Below, in pieces: positions 17,053-25,050 of a stretch of DNA of 38,374 bases (positions are counted from its first letter, which is position 1; each line of letters starts with the position of its first letter). The notes beneath the pieces were generated by a model. It was not told the DNA's origin, ran no database searches, and saw nothing but the letters and a program-made list of their open reading frames with translations. Made by a program: the position numbers and the translations under genes. Source of the stretch: a virus; the UHGV virus genome UHGV-0295649; one strand, given 5' to 3'.

Positions 17053-18213
17053 CTACGCTTGTGTTGTAGTTGTTGTGGTTGTTGGTTTTGTAGTTGTAGT
17101 AGTAGTTCCCAAAGCGCTAATATCTAATACAATGAAACTATCGTTACGTTTAGGTTGACCGTTTGCATATTGTTTAGCTAGATAAATGCGTTCGTCTTCA
17201 ACAAAATGGTATTCATCTGAAGCTTCAATTTTTAGTGTAGATCCTACACCCATGAAGTAATCTGAGGCTACCCCAATAACTGCTTTTCCTTCTGGCACAG
17301 CCGTTGACTGCAAATCTGAAACTGGTACTGGCAATACTTGTACGTATTCTCCATTAGCAGTTAGTACAGTCTTAGCTGGGAATACTTTAGACCAGTAATC
17401 AGTTGGATTCACAATTAGGACCACATCAGAAGGATTCACATTACGATAAATCGGATCATTCACACCTTCGATATTGAATTTTGATAGTCGCGCCATCAAA
17501 CCGCCCATAGTTACAGCATCTAAAGCTGTAATAGGTTCTGCTTTTTTTTCAGCATATTCTCCGCTAGTTTGTTTGCTCATGTCACGCATCATTCCGACTG
17601 GCATATCTTTACCAGTACCATCAACAATTGCTTGTTCTAATGCAATTCTCAATGATTCTACTAAAACAGTACGGACATAACGATCTAACCATACTGGACC
17701 TAAATCAAGCATTGCCTTACATACAGGAATATAACCTGATAGCTTGAACTGCTTCATGTTAATTACATCAAAGCCATTATCTAAAACTTTTTTAACAGCT
17801 TCGCAAAGTTTACCCCACCATGCTGGATTGACTCCACGTGACACAATCCATTCTGTTACACCAGTTGTGTTAACAAAAGTAATTTTTTGCAATAGTGGAT
17901 GAGATTGTTCTAAATCTTCAAATACACGTTCAAATACAGTAGCTGGCACTAATTCTTCGACCCCTGCAAAACCTTCGTTTTTCACTACTTCGTTATAGAA
18001 TTTTGTTTCTTGTGTAGTTAATACACGCTGACCACGGTTCATTAATACTAATTGATCTTGATTTTTTGCTGTTGCTTCTTCTAAAATTTTATCCTGAATT
18101 TCCTTAGATAAGCTTACCATAGCTGCGCTAAAAGATTCTTCGTTACCATCTTTAAAAGCTTTCATCAATTGGTCGCTTGCAGCTGTTACACCTTTTAAAT
18201 TTTTAACTGTCAT
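17053..18213 (-). CDS. major capsid protein (HK97 fold) with C-terminal poly-Thr tail
   Basis: 386 aa after the ClpP protease. Ends ...ALGTTTTTTKPTTTTTTTQA. Confidence 0.8.
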   Translation of the reverse strand: MTVKNLKGVTAASDQLMKAFKDGNEESFSAAMVSLSKEIQDKILEEATAKNQDQLVLMNRGQRVLTTQETKFYNEVVKNEGFAGVEELVPATVFERVFEDLEQSHPLLQKITFVNTTGVTEWIVSRGVNPAWWGKLCEAVKKVLDNGFDVINMKQFKLSGYIPVCKAMLDLGPVWLDRYVRTVLVESLRIALEQAIVDGTGKDMPVGMMRDMSKQTSGEYAEKKAEPITALDAVTMGGLMARLSKFNIEGVNDPIYRNVNPSDVVLIVNPTDYWSKVFPAKTVLTANGEYVQVLPVPVSDLQSTAVPEGKAVIGVASDYFMGVGSTLKIEASDEYHFVEDERIYLAKQYANGQPKRNDSFIVLDISALGTTTTTTKPTTTTTTTQA

Positions 18214-18908
18214 TATTTTACATCTCCTTGTCCAAATGTTTTATTTAATGCTGCTGTAAATGCAGCAATTTTTTCTGCTCTTTTTTCTTTAACGTCATTC
18301 AAAATTTCTTCAACGCTTTGTTCTTTTTTAGCTTCAGTACCTGAGCTATTTTCTGCATCGATAATTTCATCGACCAATCCATAACTCAAAGCTGTTTCTG
18401 CATCCATAAACGATTCTTTTTCAAGAAGTTCTTGCAATGCTTCATCTGTGCCATTGAATCGTGTTTTATATGAAGCCTTTACCGATTTATCAATTGATTC
18501 CAGTTGGTCAGCAATCGTACGGAAGTCATCGACATTTCCTTCTCCGTATGTGGAAGCGCGGTGAATCATCAATTGTGCATTGTTGTAGATTTTTATAGTA
18601 TCGCCAGCCATTGCGATAATTGAAGCAGCACTAGCGGCTAAGCCGTTAATCACAACGTTAACTTTTGCTTTATTTGACTTAAGTAAGTTCCCAATAGCAA
18701 TCCCTTGAAATACGTCTCCACCGTTTGAATTAATTACTACTTCAATTTCTTCTTGATCACCTAGACTATCCAAAATATTTTTGATTCCCTTGTCAGTATT
18801 CCCTTCAAAGAACCAACTAGAACCAATAAATCCCTGAATAAAAATTTGCGGTACTGCGCCTTCATTCTTTACTGCTAGAAATGTTTTCATTGTCGTCATT
18901 CGCCTCAC
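18213..18908 (-). CDS. prohead protease, ClpP/S14 family
   Basis: INSNGGDVFQGIAIGNLL...INGLAASAASIIAMAGD is the ClpP-like serine protease signature. Between portal and capsid. The 5' end overlaps the portal, so the true start is probably internal. Confidence 0.85.
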   Translation of the reverse strand: MRRMTTMKTFLAVKNEGAVPQIFIQGFIGSSWFFEGNTDKGIKNILDSLGDQEEIEVVINSNGGDVFQGIAIGNLLKSNKAKVNVVINGLAASAASIIAMAGDTIKIYNNAQLMIHRASTYGEGNVDDFRTIADQLESIDKSVKASYKTRFNGTDEALQELLEKESFMDAETALSYGLVDEIIDAENSSGTEAKKEQSVEEILNDVKEKRAEKIAAFTAALNKTFGQGDVK

Positions 18909-20058
18909 CTCCTTTCGATACTTGTTGATTGTTTTTAGTTATAAATATTTCATCTGCCATCGCCTTATCAGAGCGATCATTTCCAACGCGTTCTCTTCCT
19001 TCGTTGATTGTAAATACTCCATTTCTAATGCCTACATCAATAGCGTCAACCAAATCTTTGAAGCTAGTAATCTTGATCATAGTTGTATCCACACGTACAA
19101 AATTCCCTGACAAGTATTCTTCTACTTCATAGAGACTAGCGTTAAACGCATCCTGAATAAGTTCAGCAATCGGTATGATTTCGAACATTAAAAAAGCGTC
19201 CACTTGATCCGATAACCCACTCATGTCTCCCTTTAGTAGGTTTTTCGGAACGTGAAACGCTGCTGCTGTCATCTCAAAGATGTCGTCTATTAAGTTTTTT
19301 ATATCTCTTGAATTGCTTTGGAAGTTTCCGCTGAAATCTTCTAATGTGTACTCATTTTGTAATTGAAATACCGCACCTGCATTATCAGCTTCCATAAAAG
19401 CCTTAAATTGTGATGTCATCATTTTATTGATTTGATCTTGTGTTGTATTGTCTTGCGGTCGGAATAAATTCCCTTTCAGTACGTATCTACGAGCGTTAGA
19501 GCGCTTGTAAACATTCATGGCACTAGAAATGAGTTTCCCATACGCTTGATAATACGCATCGACTAGTTGCCTAATTTGTTGATCTGCGTATTTTATATAG
19601 ATAACATCACTTTCTAGAAATTCTCTATCAAGGACTATGTTGTTAATTTGCACTTGAGAAAACACATCATCTTTCAATGCATATTCTGTGACATCCCAAC
19701 TATCCGCAATAAATATTTCGCTAGAATTATTAGACGGAGAAACGATCAATACTTCATTGTAGAATATTAATCTCCTGATCAGTTTTTTTCTAAATTCTGT
19801 TGCATTATTTTTCTTATTAGGAGCTACATTCAGCCTATAGTAAAGATCATTCTTTTTATTTTTTCCATCTTCATATGACTTGAATTCCGCTTTACTCATC
19901 GCATTTGCAATCAAATCAATACAAGTTTCAATCGCAAATTTTCGATACACAAAATCAACTTGCAATTTACAAAAGTATTCTTCTAAAGGAACCGTTGCTT
20001 TTTTTGTGAAGTATCCTACCGCCTTTTGAAAAATCCCCACTTTCTCACCTCCTTTCAA
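18862..20058 (-). CDS. portal protein (HK97 family)
   Basis: 398 aa immediately after TerL. Acidic C-terminus. Confidence 0.8.
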   Translation of the reverse strand: MKGGEKVGIFQKAVGYFTKKATVPLEEYFCKLQVDFVYRKFAIETCIDLIANAMSKAEFKSYEDGKNKKNDLYYRLNVAPNKKNNATEFRKKLIRRLIFYNEVLIVSPSNNSSEIFIADSWDVTEYALKDDVFSQVQINNIVLDREFLESDVIYIKYADQQIRQLVDAYYQAYGKLISSAMNVYKRSNARRYVLKGNLFRPQDNTTQDQINKMMTSQFKAFMEADNAGAVFQLQNEYTLEDFSGNFQSNSRDIKNLIDDIFEMTAAAFHVPKNLLKGDMSGLSDQVDAFLMFEIIPIAELIQDAFNASLYEVEEYLSGNFVRVDTTMIKITSFKDLVDAIDVGIRNGVFTINEGRERVGNDRSDKAMADEIFITKNNQQVSKGGEANDDNENISSSKE

Positions 20059-20059
20059 G

Positions 20060-21763
20060 TTAGAATACTAGAGGAGTAAATCCAGTTCCTGTATTTTCTA
20101 CTGAGCTATTTGTGACTGTTACAGGAGCAGAATCATAAATATCATCTAAAAAATTCAAACCATGAAGGAATGAAAAAAAGCCATCCGTTTTTCTAGTTTC
20201 AGGTTCTATTTTTTCATAGCGTATATTTCCATTAGAAATATGCTCTTCATATACATTCATGCAATACCAACGCATAATCGCATCGTCACCAAAAAATAAA
20301 CGTTGATTAATAAAAAGGTCATCAACCAGATCTTTTAACATACCATGTGTAACAGATCCGCTTCGAACAATTTCCACAGTAAAACCTGCTTCTTCTAAAG
20401 CGGGCTTCAATATTTTTGCACGGTACATATCCATAGCGATTTTTTTAATATAATATTTATTACTCATTTCAAGAAACCAACCTACAATATAATCAGCTTC
20501 TATATTTTTTCCATGAACGATCTGTGATTTTCCTTGATCTATAGAAATATCTATAACCTCTCGTTTGATGTTTTGTAATCGAAGGGCTGATTCGTGGATA
20601 AAAGTATGTTGTGTAAAATAAACATCTTTATCGTATTTTCCTAGCAACCCAACGCTGGCAAAATCTCGTCTATCAGCAAAATCGACTGTTCCTATCACTT
20701 CATCCATTTTTTCAGGAAATTCTTTTTCTTTCGTATGCAGAACATCATCATATGAAGCAACAGCAAATCGTGTATCTTCCATAGGTCTGTTCATTCGTTT
20801 GGTCATGAACGTAAGTCTTAAACCAGCATTACGTTGCATTTGAGAGTATTCTTGAAACATTTTCCGTTTTAAATCTGCATTGTAATTAATAGTTGGACAA
20901 GCTTTTTCCCACATGTCGGGATCATCAACTTCATTATCGTTATCCAAGCGACAAATAAATGGAAACAAACTAGAAAATTCTGCTCCATCCTTGTCAATTC
21001 CAAGTTCTCCAGAAAGAATCATTTTTGATTCTTCTATAATGTCATCAAGCGGACCACCACGAACATGACCATTAGTTGTATCATAAAATTCTCTATAATC
21101 TCGAATTTTACCACCACCAGAAGTAGCCACATTTATCATTGAATAATCTTCATTTTCGTGAATTTCATCAAAGCGGTTTGCACCTGGTCGCTTCCCATCT
21201 TTTGTTCTAGCATTTGCCGTGTTATAACGAAGTTTGCTGTTTGTAGCGATATTTTGAATAACTTCCTTCGTAGCTTTAAATACTTTTTTATCTAAATCAG
21301 GATGATCTTTAATTACTTTAAATACATCATCAAAACTAGTCTTTGCTTGGCTTTCATTATTGGCATAGATATCAATATCATAATTTTTAATACCGTGTTT
21401 AGCGGTTAGTAGAAAGAAGTTGTTCCAAGAAGCAAAACCAGTTTTACCATTACCACGTCCCATTAATGAAAGATATCTATTGAACACTAGTGTTTTATCT
21501 TTTTTCCATCGAACACCATAAATAAAACATTGTAGAAATTTTTCCCACGGAATTAATTCGAATGGAAAGTATTGTGCTGGTATATTGATTGAATCCTCTA
21601 CCATCTGCTTATCGAAGTAAATATCTTCTCTAGTAAAGACTCTTTCTTCTAGATAATTTTTTAGCAATAATTGCTCTTTGCATACCTTGATAGTGCCTTC
21701 TTCTATAGCTTTGAACCAATTTTCAATATGCTTATAACTCAGGAATTGATTCATTTGCTTCAC
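20060..21763 (-). CDS. terL: terminase large subunit
   Basis: 567 aa. Walker A-like GRGNGKTGF. Acidic nuclease-domain motifs in the C-terminal half. Confidence 0.9.
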   Translation of the reverse strand: MKQMNQFLSYKHIENWFKAIEEGTIKVCKEQLLLKNYLEERVFTREDIYFDKQMVEDSINIPAQYFPFELIPWEKFLQCFIYGVRWKKDKTLVFNRYLSLMGRGNGKTGFASWNNFFLLTAKHGIKNYDIDIYANNESQAKTSFDDVFKVIKDHPDLDKKVFKATKEVIQNIATNSKLRYNTANARTKDGKRPGANRFDEIHENEDYSMINVATSGGGKIRDYREFYDTTNGHVRGGPLDDIIEESKMILSGELGIDKDGAEFSSLFPFICRLDNDNEVDDPDMWEKACPTINYNADLKRKMFQEYSQMQRNAGLRLTFMTKRMNRPMEDTRFAVASYDDVLHTKEKEFPEKMDEVIGTVDFADRRDFASVGLLGKYDKDVYFTQHTFIHESALRLQNIKREVIDISIDQGKSQIVHGKNIEADYIVGWFLEMSNKYYIKKIAMDMYRAKILKPALEEAGFTVEIVRSGSVTHGMLKDLVDDLFINQRLFFGDDAIMRWYCMNVYEEHISNGNIRYEKIEPETRKTDGFFSFLHGLNFLDDIYDSAPVTVTNSSVENTGTGFTPLVF

Positions 21764-22046
21764 CTACCAATTCAGGAGTAATGGCAAGTTTATCCAACAT
21801 CAATCCCATTTGTTTGTTGACAGAAACAAGCAACGCTACTGATTCATTCTTTTTACCATTCTCCAGTCTAATGCCGTTCTCGGATATATCTTCTTCCAGT
21901 GATATCGCCGTTTCCCATAAACTGATATAACGATCAACATTATCTAAGAATGGCTCAATATTTGTTTTCTGACTTTCCAATTGGCTTATTAAAGAGCGGC
22001 GTAATTTTTCTCTGTAGCGATTTTGAGACAATTCGTTTTTAAACAT
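21732..22046 (-). CDS. terS: terminase small subunit (P27-like)
   Basis: 104 aa directly upstream of and overlapping terL. RBS AAGGAGGG. Confidence 0.6.
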   Translation of the reverse strand: MFKNELSQNRYREKLRRSLISQLESQKTNIEPFLDNVDRYISLWETAISLEEDISENGIRLENGKKNESVALLVSVNKQMGLMLDKLAITPELVGEANESIPEL

Positions 22047-22092
22047 TTTAGCCCTCCTTTCATGATAAAGTTCGAAAAAATCTCTTTTCCTG

Positions 22093-22148
22093 ACAGCCCC
22101 CTCCGTTTCATCACCCCCAAAAAATTTGCGATTTATTTTAAGGGGGGG
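22093..22148. promoter_or_regulatory. candidate cos/packaging site: GC-rich imperfect palindrome CCCCC...GGGGGGG upstream of terS
   Basis: GACAGCCCCCTCCG...CACCCCC-(23 nt AT-rich)-GGGGGGG in an otherwise AT-rich genome. HNH plus HK97-type terminase suggest cos packaging. Confidence 0.3.
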
Positions 22149-22466
22149 TTATCTCACCATCGGAATGAAAGCTTCAGCGAAGTCAATGTAATAATTAATC
22201 TCTTCAATACTATATCCAAAAACATTTTTTATTCTTTCGACGTTATTATCTTTATTCAACGCTTCTCTTACTTGATTCACTTTGTATTTACTACAACAGT
22301 TATCTGATAACAGATCCCTAATACCTACATAGCGAACGTATATCAAACGTTTAATTAATCCCTGAGTATAAGATGAATACTCTTCAATCTTTTCTGTATC
22401 ATACTCTCTGCCATTATCATTGATGATCATGCACTTACCACCTTTCACTTGCATCGAAGTTAGCAA
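22149..22466 (-). CDS. hypothetical protein
   Basis: ORF between HNH and terS. Likely start MIINDNGREYD. Confidence 0.5.
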   Translation of the reverse strand: MLTSMQVKGGKCMIINDNGREYDTEKIEEYSSYTQGLIKRLIYVRYVGIRDLLSDNCCSKYKVNQVREALNKDNNVERIKNVFGYSIEEINYYIDFAEAFIPMVR

Positions 22467-22779
22467 AGCTTTCTATCTTCTTCTCTTGTTTATCTAATGC
22501 TGTAAGATATCTGCCATGAACTTCATTATGATGTTCAACACATAAACAAATAAGATTATCTAAATCTAAAGCTAAGTCAGGTCTATCCTTGACTTCCTTT
22601 ATATGATGAACGTTCTCTACTCTATGATACTTACCTAGTCTTCTACACTCTTGGCATTCATAGTGATCTCGTTTCATCGCTTTCTCTCTAAGCCTGCGCC
22701 ATTTAGGAGACTGATAGAACTTAACCAAACGATCTTCTCTTGTCAACTGTAATAGCCATCTATAGAATTCCTCGGTCAT
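22435..22779 (-). CDS. HNH endonuclease (packaging-associated)
   Basis: CQEC...HHIKEV...N...CLCVEHHNEVHG is an HNH motif. Adjacent to the terminase genes. Confidence 0.85.
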   Translation of the reverse strand: MTEEFYRWLLQLTREDRLVKFYQSPKWRRLREKAMKRDHYECQECRRLGKYHRVENVHHIKEVKDRPDLALDLDNLICLCVEHHNEVHGRYLTALDKQEKKIESFANFDASERW

Positions 22780-22804
22780 GTTCCGTCTCCTTTCGCAATC
22801 TTAT

Positions 22805-22972
22805 TTAATGCTTAGCTATTCTTTTGCCATACAATGGAATAACTTCATTGTTTTCCTTTCGTTTATATGTATCGCTCTTTATTGGTCTTCTATACTCATA
22901 TACTTTTTCGCCATTACCTTTATGAACAGTGATTACTTCATACTTCTGTTCTAAGTATTGTGGTCTATACAT
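22805..22972 (-). CDS. small protein (55 aa; not in the ORF track)
   Basis: MYRPQYLEQKYEVITVHKGNGEKVYEYRRPIKSDTYKRKENNEVIPLYGKRIAKH. Perfect RBS AAGGAGG 7 nt upstream. Confidence 0.45.
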   Translation of the reverse strand: MYRPQYLEQKYEVITVHKGNGEKVYEYRRPIKSDTYKRKENNEVIPLYGKRIAKH

Positions 22973-22991
22973 TGTTGTTTCCTCCTTTGTG

Positions 22992-23022
22992 CAAAAATAA
23001 AAAGACCACTCAAAGAGTGATC
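22992..23022 (-). terminator. rho-independent terminator (minus strand) abutting the RBS of the first late gene
   Basis: Minus-strand stem GATCACTC/GAGTGGTC followed by UUUUUAUUUUUG. The U-tract ends 4 nt before AAGGAGG. Confidence 0.5.
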
Positions 23023-23113
23023 TAATATGTAATAGTAACTTGCACGATGCACAAAACGCGTACGAAATTGCGCACCCCTATATTTTTAAACCGCCGATGC
23101 CTCGGTTGCTTAA

Positions 23114-23212
23114 AGTCGCTGGAGTGGGATTGCACCACTCACGAGAACTTACCAGGCTCTCACGAGGCTACTCGCCATTTACCGCTGCGTCTTCTACTTC
23201 CGCCACAGTGAC
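23114..23212 (-). ncRNA. tRNA-like structured RNA, copy B
   Basis: Minus-strand read GTCACTG-TG-GCG(GAAGTAGAAGA)CGC...GAGTGG-TGCAATC-CCACTC-CAGCGAC. Acceptor-like, D-like and T-like arms are present. Central domain is non-canonical. Confidence 0.35.
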
Positions 23213-23320
23213 CGAAGCTTGGTGGTGTACAGATAGCACACTTACTACATTGCCGTACGTAGCACCGTATAGCTTCTTAACGATCTTTTTTCGGTAGTCG
23301 TAACCGTCATAGGCATTTAA

Positions 23321-23409
23321 TGTCGCTGGCAAGGAATCGAACCTTGCATGGTTGCCGAAGCATTGACCTAGCACACATGCTTAGCGTCTACCCTTTCCGC
23401 CACAGTGAC
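23321..23409 (-). ncRNA. tRNA-like structured RNA, copy A (canonical T-loop GGTTCGATTCC)
   Basis: Minus-strand read GTCACTG-TG-GCG(GAAAGGGTAGA)CGC...AAGCAT(13-nt loop)ATGCTT...GCAAGG-TTCGATT-CCTTGC-CAGCGACA. No canonical anticodon arm. GC-rich island. Confidence 0.4.
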
Positions 23410-23598
23410 ACTATAAAATTATTCTTGGCTGCTACTATTTTTTATTTTGCCCATTTTTAAATCCAATCATATAGACATTAAGACAGAGCGCAAAAATTGA
23501 AATTATTAATGGAATCATTTCTCTTCACCCACCTTTAGTTATCGTGTGAATAATTAAAAAACAATAGACAGCAACAAAATAACATTGCTTTGATAATT

Positions 23599-23708
23599 TG
23601 GTATAAACCACTATAAATTTCTTTTCTTGCAATTATTTTTAATATATGCTAGATTATCAACCGATATAGTCACTGCCTGTACTAGCGGAAACTAGTGCAG
23701 GTTTTTTG
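23599..23708 (+). ncRNA. candidate sRNA: extended -10 TGGTATAAA to terminator
   Basis: TGGTATAAA at 23599-23607. Strong terminator at 23676-23708: stem CCTGTACTAG/CTAGTGCAGG, loop CGGAAA, then TTTTTTG. No ORF between. Confidence 0.35.
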
Positions 23709-23744
23709 TTCTATTTACTCAAAAGTTATTACGATAAATTAATA

Positions 23745-23772
23745 TTGTGAAAATAAATACTAAGCGTATAAT
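23745..23772 (+). promoter_or_regulatory. sigma70-type promoter TTGTGA-16-TATAAT for the plus-strand moron gene
   Basis: Read directly, about 55 nt upstream of the ATG at 23828. Confidence 0.5.
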
Positions 23773-23827
23773 TTTATTTATCAGCGAGTGGTCCGCTGAA
23801 ATATAAAACAAGGATGTGCAAGACAAC

Positions 23828-24103
23828 ATGTATAAACCCTACATGATTAGTTATGATCTTAATAACCCAGGGCAAAAGTATGATAAAGTATTTGAAATAA
23901 TAAAAGAATTTGGGGCATATATAAAGCTACAAAAATCTTTTTGGTTAGTTAAAACTAATTTGAATCCAAATCAAATGTGTGAAAAATTAAATACAGTACT
24001 TGATAATAACGATTCCTTATTCATCTGTGAACTGCAAAAAAATTATCAAGGTAGAGCTACAGAGGAAAATTGGAAATTCATTAACGAACATATTTTCTCT
24101 TAG
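23828..24103 (+). CDS. small opposite-strand protein with Cas2/VapD-like ferredoxin-fold sequence pattern (91 aa)
   Basis: MYKPYMISYDLNNPG..KVFEIIKEFGAYIKLQKSFWLVKT...NDSLFICEL resembles the YDL/FG/Q.SV pattern of Cas2. Own promoter. Opposite strand to all phage genes. ORF track starts at the GTG at 23816. Confidence 0.3.
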   Translation: MYKPYMISYDLNNPGQKYDKVFEIIKEFGAYIKLQKSFWLVKTNLNPNQMCEKLNTVLDNNDSLFICELQKNYQGRATEENWKFINEHIFS

Positions 24104-24252
24104 TAAGGATTAGATATTTTTTCTCTGTTTAAACAATTGCAAATACCGTCAATATCTGAATTAGAAACACTTACCTTTTGCTCCTTGCTACTACCAATAG
24201 CTTGGAGCAATTCTTGTATTTCTTCTGGAGTGCCTTCTACTGATAATTTCAT
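24100..24252 (-). CDS. small protein (50 aa) convergent with and overlapping the 3' end of the 23828-24103 gene
   Basis: Internal start MKLSVEGTPEEIQELLQAIG... with strong RBS GGAGGGAAG. A 12-bp inverted repeat lies just upstream. Confidence 0.45.
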   Translation of the reverse strand: MKLSVEGTPEEIQELLQAIGSSKEQKVSVSNSDIDGICNCLNREKISNPY

Positions 24253-24279
24253 TTTTCTTCCCTCCAATACATAAATTAA

Positions 24280-24339
24280 TAGACAGCAGCAGTTGAAAGA
24301 CGACAAGAACATGTTTAGTTTTGTGAGTGCTGCTGTCTA
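24280..24339. promoter_or_regulatory. 12-bp perfect inverted repeat TAGACAGCAGCA / TGCTGCTGTCTA (36-nt spacer), plus a third half-site at 24409-24418
   Basis: Read directly. Lies in the promoter region of the 24100-24252 small gene. Candidate operator. Confidence 0.5.
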
Positions 24340-24441
24340 ATCAAAATAAACAGCAACCGATGAAGAATTTAGGAGGAGTTGAATTCACATCCTTTTCTTC
24401 ATAATTAGTTGCTGTCTATCTAAGAAGAAGTTTAAAACGAT

Positions 24442-24470
24442 GAGGGAGATTGCCTCCCTTCGTTTATTTT
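24442..24470. terminator. terminator hairpin GAGGGAG-ATTGC-CTCCCTT plus CGTTTATTTT (possibly bidirectional, at the 3' end of arpU)
   Basis: Read directly. T-rich on the plus strand. On the minus strand it follows the ArpU stop at 24561. Confidence 0.5.
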
Positions 24471-24560
24471 GTCGATCCTGTTTCCTAATCTTTCGACACT
24501 ACCATAATAACACTGGTAAATGTCTAAAAACCGCCATCATTCCGCCAAAAAACCGCCAAA

Positions 24561-24977
24561 TTATTTATAAGCAATTATTTTTCCGTGTTTATATGCTTCT
24601 GCAAACTCTATTAGAGCTTCCGACTTCATCCGTTGTATACTTCTTTCTGAATAACCCACTTCACGGCTAATTCTGTAGTTTGAGAAGCTATCTGGCACAC
24701 AGAAGCTGTAGTAGAGTATCTGACGACTAATCAGACTAAGAGCCATCAAAGCCGCTAGAATCGCATCTCTCTCCGTTTCTATATCCATCATCTGAATAAT
24801 CGCGTCTTCTGCCTTATTGCCATGCTTCGGTGCCTTCGGCATATCCGTTATAATCGGCGACTTAATATCTATCAAAGAGCGACCTGCCATCCGCTCCAAA
24901 CGCCGAAAGTTCTTCAGCACATCTCTCGCATTACATCTTGTCTGTTTGAAATCTACCTCTCGTAACAATTGCATCAA
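24561..24977 (-). CDS. arpU: ArpU-family late transcriptional regulator (sigma region-4-like)
   Basis: 138 aa immediately upstream of the packaging module. Residues ...YSERSIQRMKSEALIEFAEAY form a C-terminal HTH. Typical ArpU size and position. Confidence 0.7.
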   Translation of the reverse strand: MMQLLREVDFKQTRCNARDVLKNFRRLERMAGRSLIDIKSPIITDMPKAPKHGNKAEDAIIQMMDIETERDAILAALMALSLISRQILYYSFCVPDSFSNYRISREVGYSERSIQRMKSEALIEFAEAYKHGKIIAYK

Positions 24978-25050
24978 GTCAAACCGCTCCTTTATGTGAT
25001 ATAATAAATGTGTTGGATTTATTGAATCAGTCGGAGCGATCCGGCTTTTT

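Noticed and set aside
23040-23374. Tracked ORFs 23040-23297 (+) and 23168-23374 (-) as protein-coding genes
   Set aside because: They start with a GTG or an unsupported ATG and have no SD sequence. They overlap each other and the tRNA-like structural elements. They are better explained as chance ORFs in GC-rich structured RNA.
23040-23420. Considered whether the GC-rich structured segment is a tmRNA (ssrA) gene or its 3' end used as an attachment site
   Set aside because: There is no GGATTCGAC-type 5' domain, no tag-peptide reading frame, no pairing 5' end at the expected distance, and the flanks are AT-rich. The two copies share terminal pairing but differ internally, so they are not simple att duplicates.
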